From the human T2T-CHM13v2.0 reference genome, Homo sapiens: 64,000 nucleotides of DNA. The DNA lies in assembly GCF_009914755.1 (NCBI RefSeq), contig NC_060930.1; one strand, written 5' to 3'. Below the pieces are notes generated by a model, which had not been told where the DNA came from, did no database searches, and saw only the letters and a program-made list of their open reading frames with translations. The translations under genes were made by a program, and so were the position numbers. This document shows positions 36,131 through 49,890 of the stretch, piece by piece. Within the stretch, counting starts at the first letter, position 1, and every line of letters starts with the position of its first letter.

Positions 36131-36967
36131 ATGAAGTCATCTTTGAACCATCCATCTGTAAATAGTCTAATCCCTGAGCCTACTCAGCGGGCTGTCATGA
36201 GACGAGAGAGATACTGCTTGTGAAGTGCTTAGCATGAGCTCAATGGATGTTCACTATTAACATAATCATTATTACTATAATCCAGTATCCTCCAGGCTGG
36301 GCATTAGGAGACACAGATTCTAGTCCCAGTTCTGATGTTAACTATCAGGGTGACCTTGGGCAAGTCAATTATCTTTTCCAAATTCGTCCTCAATAAATTT
36401 TATTTTCCTTCCTTGCTTCACCTCCAGTATTGAACAATTCTCTATATAATCTCTACTTCTCCCTTACTTCAGCATAGACAATTCAGAATTTGCAGATAGC
36501 TCACAGTATATCTGCACTTATGAATATTGCATTTATGAATATCCCAACACATAAGCAATCATGTTGAGACCCACCACATGGGGCAACCTCTTCCCTCTCC
36601 TTCCCTGCTGGGCCCTCTCCCATGTCTCTATCACATTTTTATATTAAAAAGTAAAAAAATCGAACAAAAGGACAGTCCTTTAAATTAAATATGTTTACCT
36701 TTACAACAAACAAGTTACATTTTTCTTATTTTCTCATTTCCTTGTGGACTGGTAAAGCTTCATTGTGAATGAATAACCACCAGCCTGGATCAATACTTGG
36801 AAACAAAGCACTGTGGTGCCCACTATGGGATCTCCACAGGAAGCAGAAGCACTTCTCAGTTACCAAATCCCACTGGCCCACCCAGCCTCAGCCCCACCCT
36901 TAATCGTGGGGAAATAGCAACTTCCATCAGGAGAGAGGGGGCAGGATCTTATCAAAAACAGCACTGC

Positions 36968-37277
36968 AACCAGGCCCAGTGGCTCATGCCTTTAATCCCA
37001 GCACTTTGGGGGGCAAAGCAGGAGGATCACTTGAGCCTAGGAGTTCAAGACCAGCCTGGGCAACATAGTGACCCCGTCTTTACAAAAGAAAAATTTTTTT
37101 TAATTAGCTGGACATGGTGGCATGGACCTGTAGTCCCAGCTACTTGGGAGGCTGAAGTGGGAGGATCACTTGAGCCCAGGAAGTCGAAGCTGCAGTGAGC
37201 TATGATCACATCACTGTACTTCAGCCTGGGTGACAGAGCAAGACCCAGTCTCAGAAACAAAAAACAAACAAAAAAAA
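36968..37277 (+). mobile_element. AluJ, full length
   Basis: gaggatcacttgagcc in both arms; degenerate TSD aaaaacagcactgc / aaacacaccattgc. Confidence 0.95.
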
Positions 37278-37889
37278 CACACCATTGCAATTGCAGGTTG
37301 CAGGTCTGTATCAGAGCAACCTGCCCTTTCTGAAAATCTCTAAACTGTGTCAATCTATAAAAAAGAAAACCACTGTTTCTGTAACTCCAATTATACTATT
37401 ACTCCCTTCCCTTCTGAAGGGATCCCCCTCACAAAAGCTACTTTAAGATTTGAAGCCATTTCCTTCCAACAGGAGCAGGAAGAAGGTAAGGAACTACATT
37501 ACCCAGAAACCCTGTGGCAGAACCTGGGCTGTCCCATGGCTTTCATTCCTACCGGCAGTAGCCTGAGCTGCTGAGTAGGCAGAGAGAATCTCCTCTGAGC
37601 TCTAAAGACCAATCAGAGCATGAAACTGAGGGTGATGTTCCCATCTGTCTCACCAAGAAACTCGGGGTGGGTGTGAGGAAGGTAAGACAAAAGTGTTGAA
37701 TTTTTCTAAGGCCATTTTAGAAAAGAAGACTTGAGCAAAAAAACAGTCTGCTGGTAACTAGTCCCTTAACCATAGCCTGGTGGAAGCAGTGCAGAGCCCA
37801 GACTAACACAGCCACCTCTTCCACCCACAGAGGGTACTGTTTGTCTTATTTCTTTATCCCTAAGGCTGACAGAAAAACAATCTCTGTGA

Positions 37890-38086
37890 TCAGAGAACCC
37901 TTGATCTGATGGGGGAGATGCAGCCCTTCTCCTCAGAGAACTCCCCATCTGACAGAATTATAACCCCTGACTTTCAAGAACCTCCCGTCTAATGGGGGTG
38001 ACAGAGCTCCTGCTCCCAAGGAGCTTCCATTCTGATGGGAGAGGCGGAGGTCCCATCTTCAAAGAGCACCCAACTGATGGGGGAGC
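37890..38086 (+). repeat. about 5 degenerate ~41-bp units related to the 39-bp family
   Basis: recurring (t/a)ct(g/a)atggg(g)gag...cagccc...ctcag/ctcaa...gagc. Confidence 0.65.
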
Positions 38087-38709
38087 TTAGAGTTCAGTTC
38101 TCTGCCAAAGTGTCCTCTGCAGCCAGCTGGAGCCGGCTGTGCAGCTGTGAGGGACACAGGTGACTTGGCACTTGTCCTTGTATTCGCCCTACTGAGCCTG
38201 AGGCTAGGCTGGCTCTGGAGATGAATGGGCAGTCCACACACCAGGAAGAAGAGCTTTGAGGATGCAGACAGACCCAAATGTAGCAGAACTTTGCAGCCTG
38301 AGCAGGTGGCCCGCCAAGGGTGAGCTTCTCTGGAACTCTTATTGGCCAGAAACCTTTATTCTTAGCCCTCTTTCCACCCCCAGAATGCTGTTCTCCATTT
38401 TCTTTCCTCTTTCAGAAACTGGCCCAGCATGCCCTGTTCAGGCGACTGTCAGGGGTTACTGTCCCACATCTGCCTGTCGCGTTCTGCATAAGGCTGCATA
38501 GGGCTGCCACAGACACATACATTTCCTCTTTTGGCATCCTTTCCTCTCTCAGGGATTTGTTGGGTCCTTTAATTCTTTCAGAAGTCCCTGCACTCCTCAA
38601 AAGTTGGGCCTGAGTCTCTGCCTTTCAGATTATTTTGTTCCTATCTGACCAGGGGCTCCCTAAATGCGGGATCTTTGGGGTCTCCACAAGGGTGGAGCTG
38701 TCACCTCCA

Positions 38710-38890
38710 GAGGATTTGAAATTAGAAAACCTGTAATTTGAACCCCATCCCTGCCACCCAACAGCTGTGTTACTTTAGCTAAGACACTTCACTTCTCTGA
38801 GCCAGTTTCCTTGAAAATGGGGAAAATAACATTCTTCCCCAACTCAAATGGTAGCAAAGTTGTTTAACTGATTAAGAGCTCTGCAAACAT
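38710..38890 (+). mobile_element. MIR SINE
   Basis: ccctgccacccaacagctgtgttactttagc...cttctctgagccagtttcc. Confidence 0.7.
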
Positions 38891-39116
38891 TAATTACCTT
38901 TAAGGTGGGGCACAACCAACACCAGGGAACCTCATTTCTAACGTATAAAAAAAAATAAAAGTGAGACTTCTCAGTTGACCATCAGGATGGGGTTTCTGGA
39001 AGCCCTTCCTTCTCAACTTCCCCCACCTCCTATCCTCCTAAAGACCTCACAGTATCCAACATGCATAGTTATAAAGTTAGAACATCACTCAACAGCAAAG
39101 CCCAGTTCTGAAGCTC

Positions 39117-39410
39117 ATATCATTAGGAATGCATTCAACTGCAATTAGCAGGAAACCCAATCAGATAATTTAAATTAAAAGATGGTTATTGTTCTTTGGT
39201 AACAAGTAATCTGGAGGTAGGTGTTGTTGGTATTGATTTATCACTCAGTGATGCCAGAGACCTCGGCCTTTCCTACCATTCCATTCCACCACCCTCCAAA
39301 AGCTGGCTTTCTTCCTTGTGCTTGGAGTATCATGGTCACAAGATGGTTTCTGTAGCTCCAGGTATCACATCACTTTCAAGGAAGGAAGGAAGAGGTCAGG
39401 GGAAGGACAG
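39117..39410 (-). mobile_element. old MaLR LTR (MLT1J/K-like)
   Basis: ttaggaatgcattcaactgcaattagcaggaaaccc...catggtcacaagatggtttctgtagctccaggtatcacatc. Confidence 0.7.
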
Positions 39411-40534
39411 GACCATCTGGTTGTCAGGGCAAATGCTGTAGAGGCCATGACCTCTACAGCAGATAGGCCTCATCTTTCTAGGAGTGTCAAATGGGACTGC
39501 AGAAATGTGTTGTGCCTAGCCTTTTGGACAAGCAGCCTCACCTTCCTGCAACTTGCTGCTCACTCGGTTCCGGTTTCCAAACGATCACCTGTGCAGATAT
39601 GTGCTCATCAAGTGTAGAATCTTTATCCCTCACCAGACGGAGAGGGTGTAGGGAAGGTGGAAGGACCCCATTCCCAAAGCATCCTCCACCTCCTGGTGGC
39701 ATTCAAGCTTCTTTCAAACACACTGGAGGTGGAATCTCTGGGAACAGAACTATGCCCATCAGAGGTTGCCAGCTTAGTTACTATAATGACTGTTTACCTC
39801 GCCTTCCTGTCACTGTTCTTCTCTACAGCAATATGACTAGAAGCATATGCTGTGCTAGGCAGAGATTATTAGAGATGCGAGACCATAAAAAGGCTCCCTC
39901 TGTGCCAACTGTCTCTTCTACAGAGGTTCTAGTGCACACATTTGAAAATGGCCGCACTAGGTTCTTAATATTTCACCTCCATTTTCTGCCTTTAATAGCA
40001 AGAACAGGAGGTGATTGGTGGTGAGATGAGCATCATGCTAGGAGTCCAGTCCTGGTCCTATGGCTGACCTCATTGTTTGGCCTTGGGCGAGTCACTTACT
40101 CTCTCAGGCTCCGCTTCTATAAAGTGGAAATGATAATCATATGCACCCTGGAGAATTACATGCTTTAAAAAGATCTCACTGGCTGCTGTGTAAGCAACAG
40201 ACTCGAAAGGCAAGATTTGCCACGGCGTGGATATAGATTGTGAGAAAAAGATAATTAAGATTATGCCAACATTTTTCCCTAAATATCTGGGTGAATAGAA
40301 ATGTATTTCCTCACTATGATATACTCTCTGCAGGAGGAAAGAAAGGGGCAGAGAACTACTCATAAACCACGGTGCCAGGGTCCGGGAGCAGGTGGGGCAT
40401 GTGACATTATTGGTCTCCAGTAGCACAGTAAGAACCACCGCCACACCTCACATCCCCAAGACGGCCCTTATGTTCTGGCGAACCAAAGGCTGAAGGCCCC
40501 TGAATGTAAAAGCTGGGAGGGCCACCTTCCTCAT

Positions 40535-40690
40535 TATCACCTGGGATGCTTGACAAAGATGGAGTACCCAAGCCCATCCGTACACCTTCTGAATTAGAAC
40601 ATCACCCAAGCCCATCTGTACACCTTCTGAATTAGAACATCAGTGTCTGGGGGCTAGAAAGCTACCTGTAACAAGTTCTCTGGATGAATT
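40535..40690. mobile_element. MER5A relic containing a 38-bp tandem duplication (40566-40641)
   Basis: atcacctgggatgcttgacaaagat...; acccaagcccatc(c/t)gtacaccttctgaattagaacatc occurs twice. Confidence 0.75.
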
Positions 40691-41929
40691 TTGTGTCTCC
40701 AAAGTCGATGTTCCCTGGCTCTAGCCTTCAATTTGCAGATAAAGAAACAGCTCTTAACCTCCAGGCCAGGTCTCTTCCATTGTATCAAGCTTCTAGGGTC
40801 CTCAGTGGCTCAGCTGACATCACCCTTCACCATGGCCTCCCCAGCTCTCTATCTCTTCTCGCAAATAGGTTATCAGTCACAAAGGGGCCCAGAGAGGATG
40901 TGTGGTCCTCCACCCCCACTGCTGGGAGATGTCCTCACAGGTGGTCAGTGTGTCACTCCCGGGGGTACAGGATGAAGACAGCTGGACTGATGGGAGAGCC
41001 TGTGGCTGGATGGCTCTGAGGCAGTGTTCAGCCAGGCATAGAAATGCAGTAGCAGATATGAGATTGGGGTCCCCACACTCCTGACACTGCCTCTGCCAGG
41101 TAAGTTACTGAGACTGGAAGAAAATGTTGCTGCCGGTTCCCCCCATAAAGCTACCCCATGGCAACTCAACATTAACCCAAATGGAGAAAGGCTGAGACCA
41201 GGCTCTGATGAAGCCATCTCACTGATTAAAGACTCAGTTTTGTGGCAAAACCACCAGCAGCTACCCCCCTGAATCCCAGCACTGGGGATGAATTGGCAAC
41301 TTTCTCATAAGGCCTTAAGCCAAACATGGCAGCCAGTAGCGGGCAGCACATGGCAATTCCAGCAGCATTATGCTTGACTGACTCTCCCTTCCTAAAGCCC
41401 CAGTCTCCAAAGAACATTGATGACAGAGAGTGCTAGCAGAGGCCCTGCAGTCAGATGATTTAGCAAACCCACCTATTTTGTTGATGTCTAGGAATTATAG
41501 TGAGAAAAATCAGCCACAGTTATACCTGGCCCCTTGGATTTTCATTAAACCCTATGAGTTTCATTATACTGACAGGCAAAACTTTCATTCTCTGCCTCTG
41601 AAATGTGGCCATCCAGTTACCCACCTGTCCTCCCCTATAAAGGCCCAGGTAAAGGAGGCCTCTGCAGCAATGGGAGGACTTTGTATCACTACCTAGCTCC
41701 AGGAGAGCTCTTGCACTAGAAGGTGTGGGTGTCACATTCCACCTGGGAAGGGATGAGTCCCCAACAGCCAGGAAGTTCCCTGTCTTTAATCACACTAAGG
41801 TTTCATGCACACTTTCAGGTGGTTGCCCTTATGCACACACACAACTGAACACAGACTCAGATTAACACATACATACGCATTCCAAACAGGAGCTCATATA
41901 AATAAATACAAGAAACACATGAAATGAAA

Positions 41930-42150
41930 GTAGCCATCATCATAAGTGCTTACAATATGTTAGGCAACATATGAAAGGCAAGGTAAGTGTTAACTTCCTT
42001 TAACTCTCACGAGAACCCTTTAAGATAGGTGCCATTGTTATTGTTATCTCCATTTCACAGATGAGGAAGCCCATTAGGGGGTTCCAACTGTAAATAGTAA
42101 AGCCCAGATTCTAGTGTGTCTCTGCGACCTGTACTCTCAACCTTCCAGGT
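41930..42150 (-). mobile_element. MIR SINE
   Basis: tttaactctcacgagaacccttt...ctccatttcacagatgaggaagc. Confidence 0.8.
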
Positions 42151-42979
42151 TCCCACTAGGACACATGCCATTCCCTGCACATGTCCCACATGTATGGTGC
42201 TCCCACACCCAACTCTTCATCGCCACACACATGCATACCTGACTAAATGCACTGTGTTCTTTGGGGACATGTGCCAATCAGCAGCGTTCAGTGTTTCTCT
42301 GACCCTCCCTGGAAGGGAATGGCAGTGCCTTTCCAATGCTGTTTTAAGGCTCATTTGTTCCCCTCCAGTCCTTAGACCTCGAGAAATTGCCCATTTGTCT
42401 TATTCAAATGCAGGCAAATTGCTGAGATGGCATAAGTCCTTGTTGAAGCTTCTTGGTGATAGGCAGATCAGGAACAGAAGCATGAACTTTAAATCATCTT
42501 ATCTAAGTCCACAACATTTAATAAACCTGTGGTCAGGAGCTTTTTTACTTGCTGCTGCCCATTAAAGAAAAGGGCAGTTTTACAGCTAAGCCCTAATATG
42601 CTGGCTCATAAAGAAATCACTCCTTGTTCTGACTTATCAGCCTCCATTATCACTGCCTTAAGCAGAAACACACTGTTATGTTCTGCTGCTCACACCATTA
42701 GCTCAACGTGCACTAAAAATACCAAAAGCACCAAGGGACTTCCAGTCTCTAGCAAGTTCCTGGGGTGCAAAGTCCCTCCAGATAGGGTGAGAACCACATG
42801 GGAAGAAGTGGGCACCGTGTGGGCAAGGGCAACTGCCTGGACATGCCAAGCGCTTCTCTGGAGGGTAGACATTAGCTGCCTCACCTCCAGGCTACAGAGA
42901 GGACTCCTGGGCTCAAGCCTGGGCAGGTGCAAGGAGCAGGGCTATTATTCACCCCTCTGGGGCTGAACATGGCTTCATG

Positions 42980-43150
42980 AGTATTAGGAGCATAAACTTG
43001 GGTTTGAAATCTGATTCAGAATATGCTGACCGTGGCCTTAGACAAGTCAAATTTCTAGGCGTCAGTGTCCCAATCTGTGAAATGTGGAAGATAAAAAATA
43101 GCACCTGTTTTGAGTTATTGAACGAATTAAATAAAAAATGAGTTTACTCT
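42980..43150 (+). mobile_element. MIR SINE
   Basis: cttgggtttgaaatctg...gtggccttagacaagtc...tcagtgtcccaatctgtgaaatg. Confidence 0.7.
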
Positions 43151-43590
43151 TAGGGTTTTTGTTCTAGAAAACATTTCAGTGACATGAGTTGGTGCATGAC
43201 CATCAGCTCCCTCCTTTCTTGCTTCAGCCACCAGGAAGTCACCTGTTCTAGAGTCTGTATCTATAAGATGCATCCTGGATCCCTGAGTCATTAGTTGGAA
43301 GAGGACTTCTCTGGAGAGCCAATAGACCAAGAACAGACTTTAAATGAACCAAAAAGAAACATTTATGTATTAAGCTACTGAAATTTCAGAGTTCATTACT
43401 GCAACCTAGCTTAGCTTAACTTGACTAATATACCATGTGTTCCAGACAACACTATTACTAGTTGGAATAGGGTTATCCAACCCATACTGGACTATGGTGG
43501 AGTGAAGAATAAACTATTATAGTGTTAAGTCACTGAGATTTTAAGCTTTAGTATCTTATTGTATCAGAGCCTCCTAACTTATTAATAAAT
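43150..43590 (+). mobile_element. old MLT1 (H/I-like) LTR fragments, two consecutive 3' ends
   Basis: cctggatccctgagtcatt...ttaagctactgaaatttcagag...ttgactaatata, then aataaactattatagtgttaagtcactgagatttt. Confidence 0.55.
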
Positions 43591-43673
43591 CAACTGGAAA
43601 TGATGCACCTTATAACTGAGGATCCCTTACAAATAAGAAAATTGAATAGTGAAAGATAAAAACAGACACAAAT

Positions 43674-44205
43674 ATTATCAGTAAGTTTCTGTGTGAGTGC
43701 AAGTAACAGCAAGTCAAACTAACAGTGACTAAAACCATGAGGACACTTATAGTTTACTTCACAAGAAGTCAGAGTTAGGCAGTTCAACTATTAGGTCAGC
43801 AGGTCCATGATGTTATCAAAGACCCAGACTCTCCTTCCTTCCTCTATGAGTCCTCAGCTTCCTGGTTTTCATCCTTATTGTCTTATGATCAAATGATGCT
43901 TCCACAGCTCTAACTATCATATCCTTACATAACCACTTTTTTATCAGGAAGGGAGGCAGGAAAAAAGAGCGTTTCTCCTTGAGTGGTTCTGTCTTACCAG
44001 AGAAGAAAGCCTTTCTTAGACATCCCCAGGGAACTTCCCCTTAGACATCTTACTGGCCACAACTGATTCGTAAACAAAAGAAAGCCGAAAGAGATTTACC
44101 ATGTCATTGGGATCATTACCAAATGAGAAAATCAGGATTCTCTTAGCAAGAAATGAAGGTAACAGCCATTAGATGGGGCAGATTATCAATAGTGTCTGCC
44201 CCATA
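43674..44205 (-). mobile_element. MLT1K-like MaLR LTR
   Basis: gtgcaagtaacagcaagtcaaactaacagtgactaaaacc...aaaatcaggattctcttagcaagaa...aatagtgtctgccccata. Confidence 0.75.
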
Positions 44206-44451
44206 TATAAATTTGTCTCATTGCCTAACACCATGGTATTAAAAAAGGAAAAAAAGTGGTAAGATAATGGTTAGAATACCATTGTCTCCCTCTGGCAAAT
44301 CCATATTCTTCCTTTTCTTCGAGTCCCTTTTTTCCAGTTAACTGAGGCTTAGAGAGAAGGACTTGTCCAAGGTCTCCCTCCTGCTGATTGTTAACAGAGC
44401 TCAATCTTCAAGCCAGATCCCTTCGCTCTTGGACCAAGGTTGGGTCCATGC

Positions 44452-44748
44452 TAATACTTCTCACTGTGAGTTTCAGAGAACATTTTTCACGATGTGCTCT
44501 GTAAATCAAAAAGGGTTGAGCAATCAAGTAACTTTTTAAAAATGCTACCTACTTGATGTCTGTCTTGGTGATTCATTATGCCCACTAGTATATTAAAATC
44601 TCTGAGAAGTCCTGCAGCAAAGGACACATCTTATAACATTCAACCTTGTAGTTCCCAAAATGTATTTGAGCATGGAATTGTCACTTCCCAGCACCTGTTA
44701 ACATCTCATGGGACTAGTGTTTTGGAGAACACCCTTTGGAAATGCTGT
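44452..44748. mobile_element. MER103-like hAT-Charlie element
   Basis: ctctgagaagtcctgcagcaaagg...gggactagtgttttggagaacaccctttggaaatgctg. Confidence 0.6.
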
Positions 44749-45260
44749 CCTAAATAAGGCAGCTTCCAGCCACCCCACCCCATAGCGCAACCACTGTGCT
44801 GAGCAAATCCATCTGTGGAGACAGGGGTAATTAGTTCAGCATATGCTGCTGTGCTTCTACTGCATTATGGTTCACGTTCCACTCAGGTGGTGGATTTTTT
44901 CCCTAGTTAATGAAGAGGTTTATTTTTGTGTGTTCATTTAGGGATTGTAATCACTTTCAAGAAAGAACAAGAGCGCATCACTGGAAAGAATGAGTGTAGC
45001 GTTGGGAGGTTATGGAGAAATCCACTTAGATGTATCTCTGGCCCAGAGAATGCTGGCAATGGCAGTCTGCAGAGCTTTACCATGCCCATCGAGCACACAG
45101 CACCTCTGCAGACATCATCCCATCACTCTAAAAGCATTTGGGCAGGGCCTTGACTACCTCATTCCATGTGGCCAAGATTCTCCCAAACACTGCCTATACA
45201 ACCTTGGAAGATTCCCTTCTCTTGGGTCTAAGTTTCCTTGTCATCTATTGATAAGGACAT

Positions 45261-45674
45261 TGATATACTTTGGATATTTGTCCCCTCCAAATTTCTGTTG
45301 AAATGTGATCCCTAATGTTAAGAGGTGGGGCTTAGTGGGAGGCGTTTTAGTCATGGGGACAGATTCTTCATGAATGACTTGATGCCCTCCCCACAGTAAT
45401 GAGTGAGTTCTACTAGTTCATGGGAGAGCTGGCTATTTAAAAGAGCCTGGCACCTCCACCCCTCTCTCTTGCTCCATCTCTTGTGATGTGACACGCTGGC
45501 TCCCCTTCTCCTTCCATTATGATTGGAAGCTCCCTGAAACCCACACCAGAAGGAGATGCCAGTGCCATGCTTCTTGTACAGCCTGCAGAACTATGAGCCA
45601 AATAAATCTCTTTTTCTTTACAAATTATCCAATCTCAAGTATTCCTTTATAGCAGTGCAAAATCGACTGATATA
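45261..45674 (+). mobile_element. MaLR MSTB-like solo LTR
   Basis: tgatatactttggatatttgtcccctcc...catgcttcttgtacagcctgcagaactatgagccaaataaa. Confidence 0.9.
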
Positions 45675-45813
45675 GGCACTGAGATTTGGAATGCTTAAAG
45701 GTCCTGGGCTCGGGATCTAGGTCTTGGATCATGGACTTCTTTCCCTCCCACAAGGCTGCCTCCTCAGGAGGAGTAGGAGGCATGAAGCGCCTGATATTCC
45801 ATGATCACTTAGA

Positions 45814-46110
45814 TTTTATTTTTTTAACAGACAGGGTCTCGTTCTGTCACCCATACTATAATGAATTGGCACAATTATAGCTCACTGCAGTCTTGAATTC
45901 TTGGGTTCAAGCAATCCTCACACCTCAGCCTCCCTAGTAGCTAGGACTACAGGCATGTACCACCATGCCTGGCTAATTTTTTAATTTTTTTGTAGAGACA
46001 AAATCTCACTATGTTGCCCAGGCTGATCTCAAACTCCTGGCCTCAAGCAATTCTCCTGCCTCAGCCTCTCAAAGTGCTAGGATTATAGGTGTGAGCCACT
46101 GCACTTGGCC
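45814..46110 (-). mobile_element. AluJ
   Basis: antisense Alu ending gagccactgcacttggcc; J-type ctcaagcaatcctc. Confidence 0.95.
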
Positions 46111-46114
46111 AAGA

Positions 46115-47270
<1,156 letters not shown>

Positions 47271-47704
47271 AATATAAACACAGGGGCCTGGTAACCTCCT
47301 ACCCACCCACCCCGATACACCACACTCTATTTGACTAACAGAAACAAGAGAGTATGAAATCAAGTCCTAGGTGAGCAAAGAATGCTCCCTAGATGTGGGG
47401 TGCTTCCAGCAGGAGCTGAAGTCAACTCCTCAGCTCCTAACATCCCTCCTCTTCTCAGGGCCAGACTGACAGATGAGACAGAGTGAGATGTCATTTTCAC
47501 ACAGTGAGTAACTGCTAAGTCTACACTATGTTCTGAGCACTGCTCTGGGGGTTGTCAATTCTGCAGTGGACAAGACAAGACAGACCAGTCCTTGGAAAAT
47601 TCAGATGGTCAATTAAGCACAAGAATAGCACTCCATCCTTTCGCCTCTGCAGCTGGGCTGAACTTCCTCACCGAAGAGTCTCAGAGTGATGAGTGCCCTG
47701 GCTA

Positions 47705-48130
47705 GTAACAACAATAATAATAAGTTACTGACACTTACTGAGCACTTCCTATGTCCCAGGTGTTATGCTAAGTATTTCCATGTGTTAAGCCCATGGCTCT
47801 CAAATTCTAATGCGCATCAGCATTGTCTAGGGGGTGTATTAATCACAGACTGCTGCTGGGCCCTGCCAGTTTCTGACTCGGGGGGGCTGGGAATTTTCCT
47901 TTCTAACAGACTCCCAGATAATGCTAATGGTGCAACCATTTAAGTCACTATGTCAGAGCAACCCTATGGGGTAGGGACTATTATAATCTCCATTACCCTG
48001 TGATGCCACTGAGGCACAAACAAGCTAAGCAATATCTATGCCTCTGGCCACACTGCTAATAATCGGTGGAACTGGTATTAGAACCAAAGCAGCATGACTT
48101 CACAGAGCACAAACTTGTCTGTTAACTACA
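47705..48130 (-). mobile_element. MIR interrupted by MER5A (about 47791-47950)
   Basis: cacttactgagcacttcctatgtcccagg | ccatggctctcaaattc...ttctaacagactcccagataatgct | gcaaccctatggggtaggg. Confidence 0.75.
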
Positions 48131-49289
48131 CCACACTATGCCCCAAGTAGCTTGCTTTTAAAGGCTCTCATAAACAGTCCAGCTTAACTGCTGAAATAAG
48201 AGCCTCTATTCCCATTAGATAAATCTGTCCTTCTCTGAGCACTCGTGGATGAGCTATATATCTGTTCTCATCCTGCAGAGAGGTACCAACTACTGTGACA
48301 GGTGGATAAGCAGTGGAGGACAGGGACATATGTTAGGGTTTGCAGCTTAAAAATCTATATTTGAATCCCAACTCCAGGCCTTACGTACTACCTTTGAAAC
48401 CTTGGAAAGTCCTTAAGGTAACTGAGCTTCATTTTCTTCATTATTGTTACAAGAAAAATATATAAAGTAATTTAAAACCCCAACTGATGATAGCTGTTTT
48501 ATCCTACCAGCTGGAAGGGCATAATTCCCCTGCAGGCAAATGGCTCTTTGTTTAACAGAATCTCCTGATGTAGCACAGTGAGTATGAATGGAGAGGCCCT
48601 GAAAGCTGAGACTACATCAAGTCAGAGGCAGGAGGTTTTAGGGGAAACTGCGGGAGGGAAGCAAAGGGCAGGAACAGGAGACAAGGGCTGGGGCCAGGGA
48701 TCAGGGAGAGGCAAAGAGAAGTAATTCAAAGGCACACTGGGAGGATGGGATGTTCCATGGGGGTGGTGGACAGGGAGACCAGACAGAGGCACTTAAGAAA
48801 ACTGGTATTTAAAATCCAATTCTAAGTAACTTGCTTTCTGATGGTATGATATCACCACCACTTCCTCCCCCATTACCTCCAAATTCTGCTACTAGATGGT
48901 CGTGTGTTTCTGTGTTTAGCAAATAAGCGAATAAATGGGGTTAAACATAAAGACAATATGCCCACCACGAGTAATGCAAACAGACCTCCATGTGGCTGAC
49001 CCACTGTGGCAGCAAGAAGGCACACAACTTAAAAAAAAAAAAATAGTATTTGTGCCTCAGACTGCGGAGCCCCTGAGAGCAGGATCCAAGCCAAAGACCA
49101 CTTTCTGCCCTGAACCTGAACTAGTAAGTTGGCGTGATGGAGGATGGCGATTCCTGCCTTATGAGCAGGGTGGACATTGAGCCCCAGCCCATGCCCCTGT
49201 GCTGGAAACACGGGTGTGCTGGCTGAGTAGGTAGTCATGGAGGTTTCCAATATATGTTATTCCATGGAATCCACAAAGTAGATCTGGGA

Positions 49290-49890
49290 AAGTTTCTCTT
49301 GACGGATGTAATCAGCTAAGAAATAAATAATCCACCTAATAAATGAAAAAAGAATAATAAAATTTAAAAAGCACCATCTGGCAACCCCTGTGAATTAATG
49401 AATTCAGGCATTGCTCATTGAGCTGCTAACATTACAAAAAGTGAAACAATCAGACTTTTGTGCCTTTTGACCTAAGAATACACCACTACCCATGAGAGAG
49501 TGAGTAGTTTTGCCAAGAGAGAATCAGGGGGAGAGAGTAAGGGAGGGAGAGAGAAAGAGAAAGAAAAACAGAAAGAAGGACGGAGGGAGGGAGAAAGAGA
49601 GAGAGAGAGAGAAAGCTGAATCTACTCAAGCCTATGGGTCCAGCTGCAGTCTACAGGAAATACAGAGGACAGATGAGCATGTTAAAGGACACCAAAGGAA
49701 TGCAACAAGCAAAGACCAAAAAATGGAAAACTGTGGCACAAACATCCCAATTTCATCCATAAGTTGCAAGGGGGAAAAAATGATGGGAGGAACTATAGAT
49801 TAATAAACACTTAAAGACATATCAACCACTCAAAATGTGTGGACCTTATTCAAATTCTGACTTAAACAAATAAATGATTTTAAAAAAAAT
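49290..49890 (+). mobile_element. old L1ME4-type 3' UTR fragment with internal GA-rich tract (49515-49614)
   Basis: ctgaatctactcaagcctat...acaggaaatacagaggacagatgagcatgttaaa...cttaaagacatatcaacc. Confidence 0.7.
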
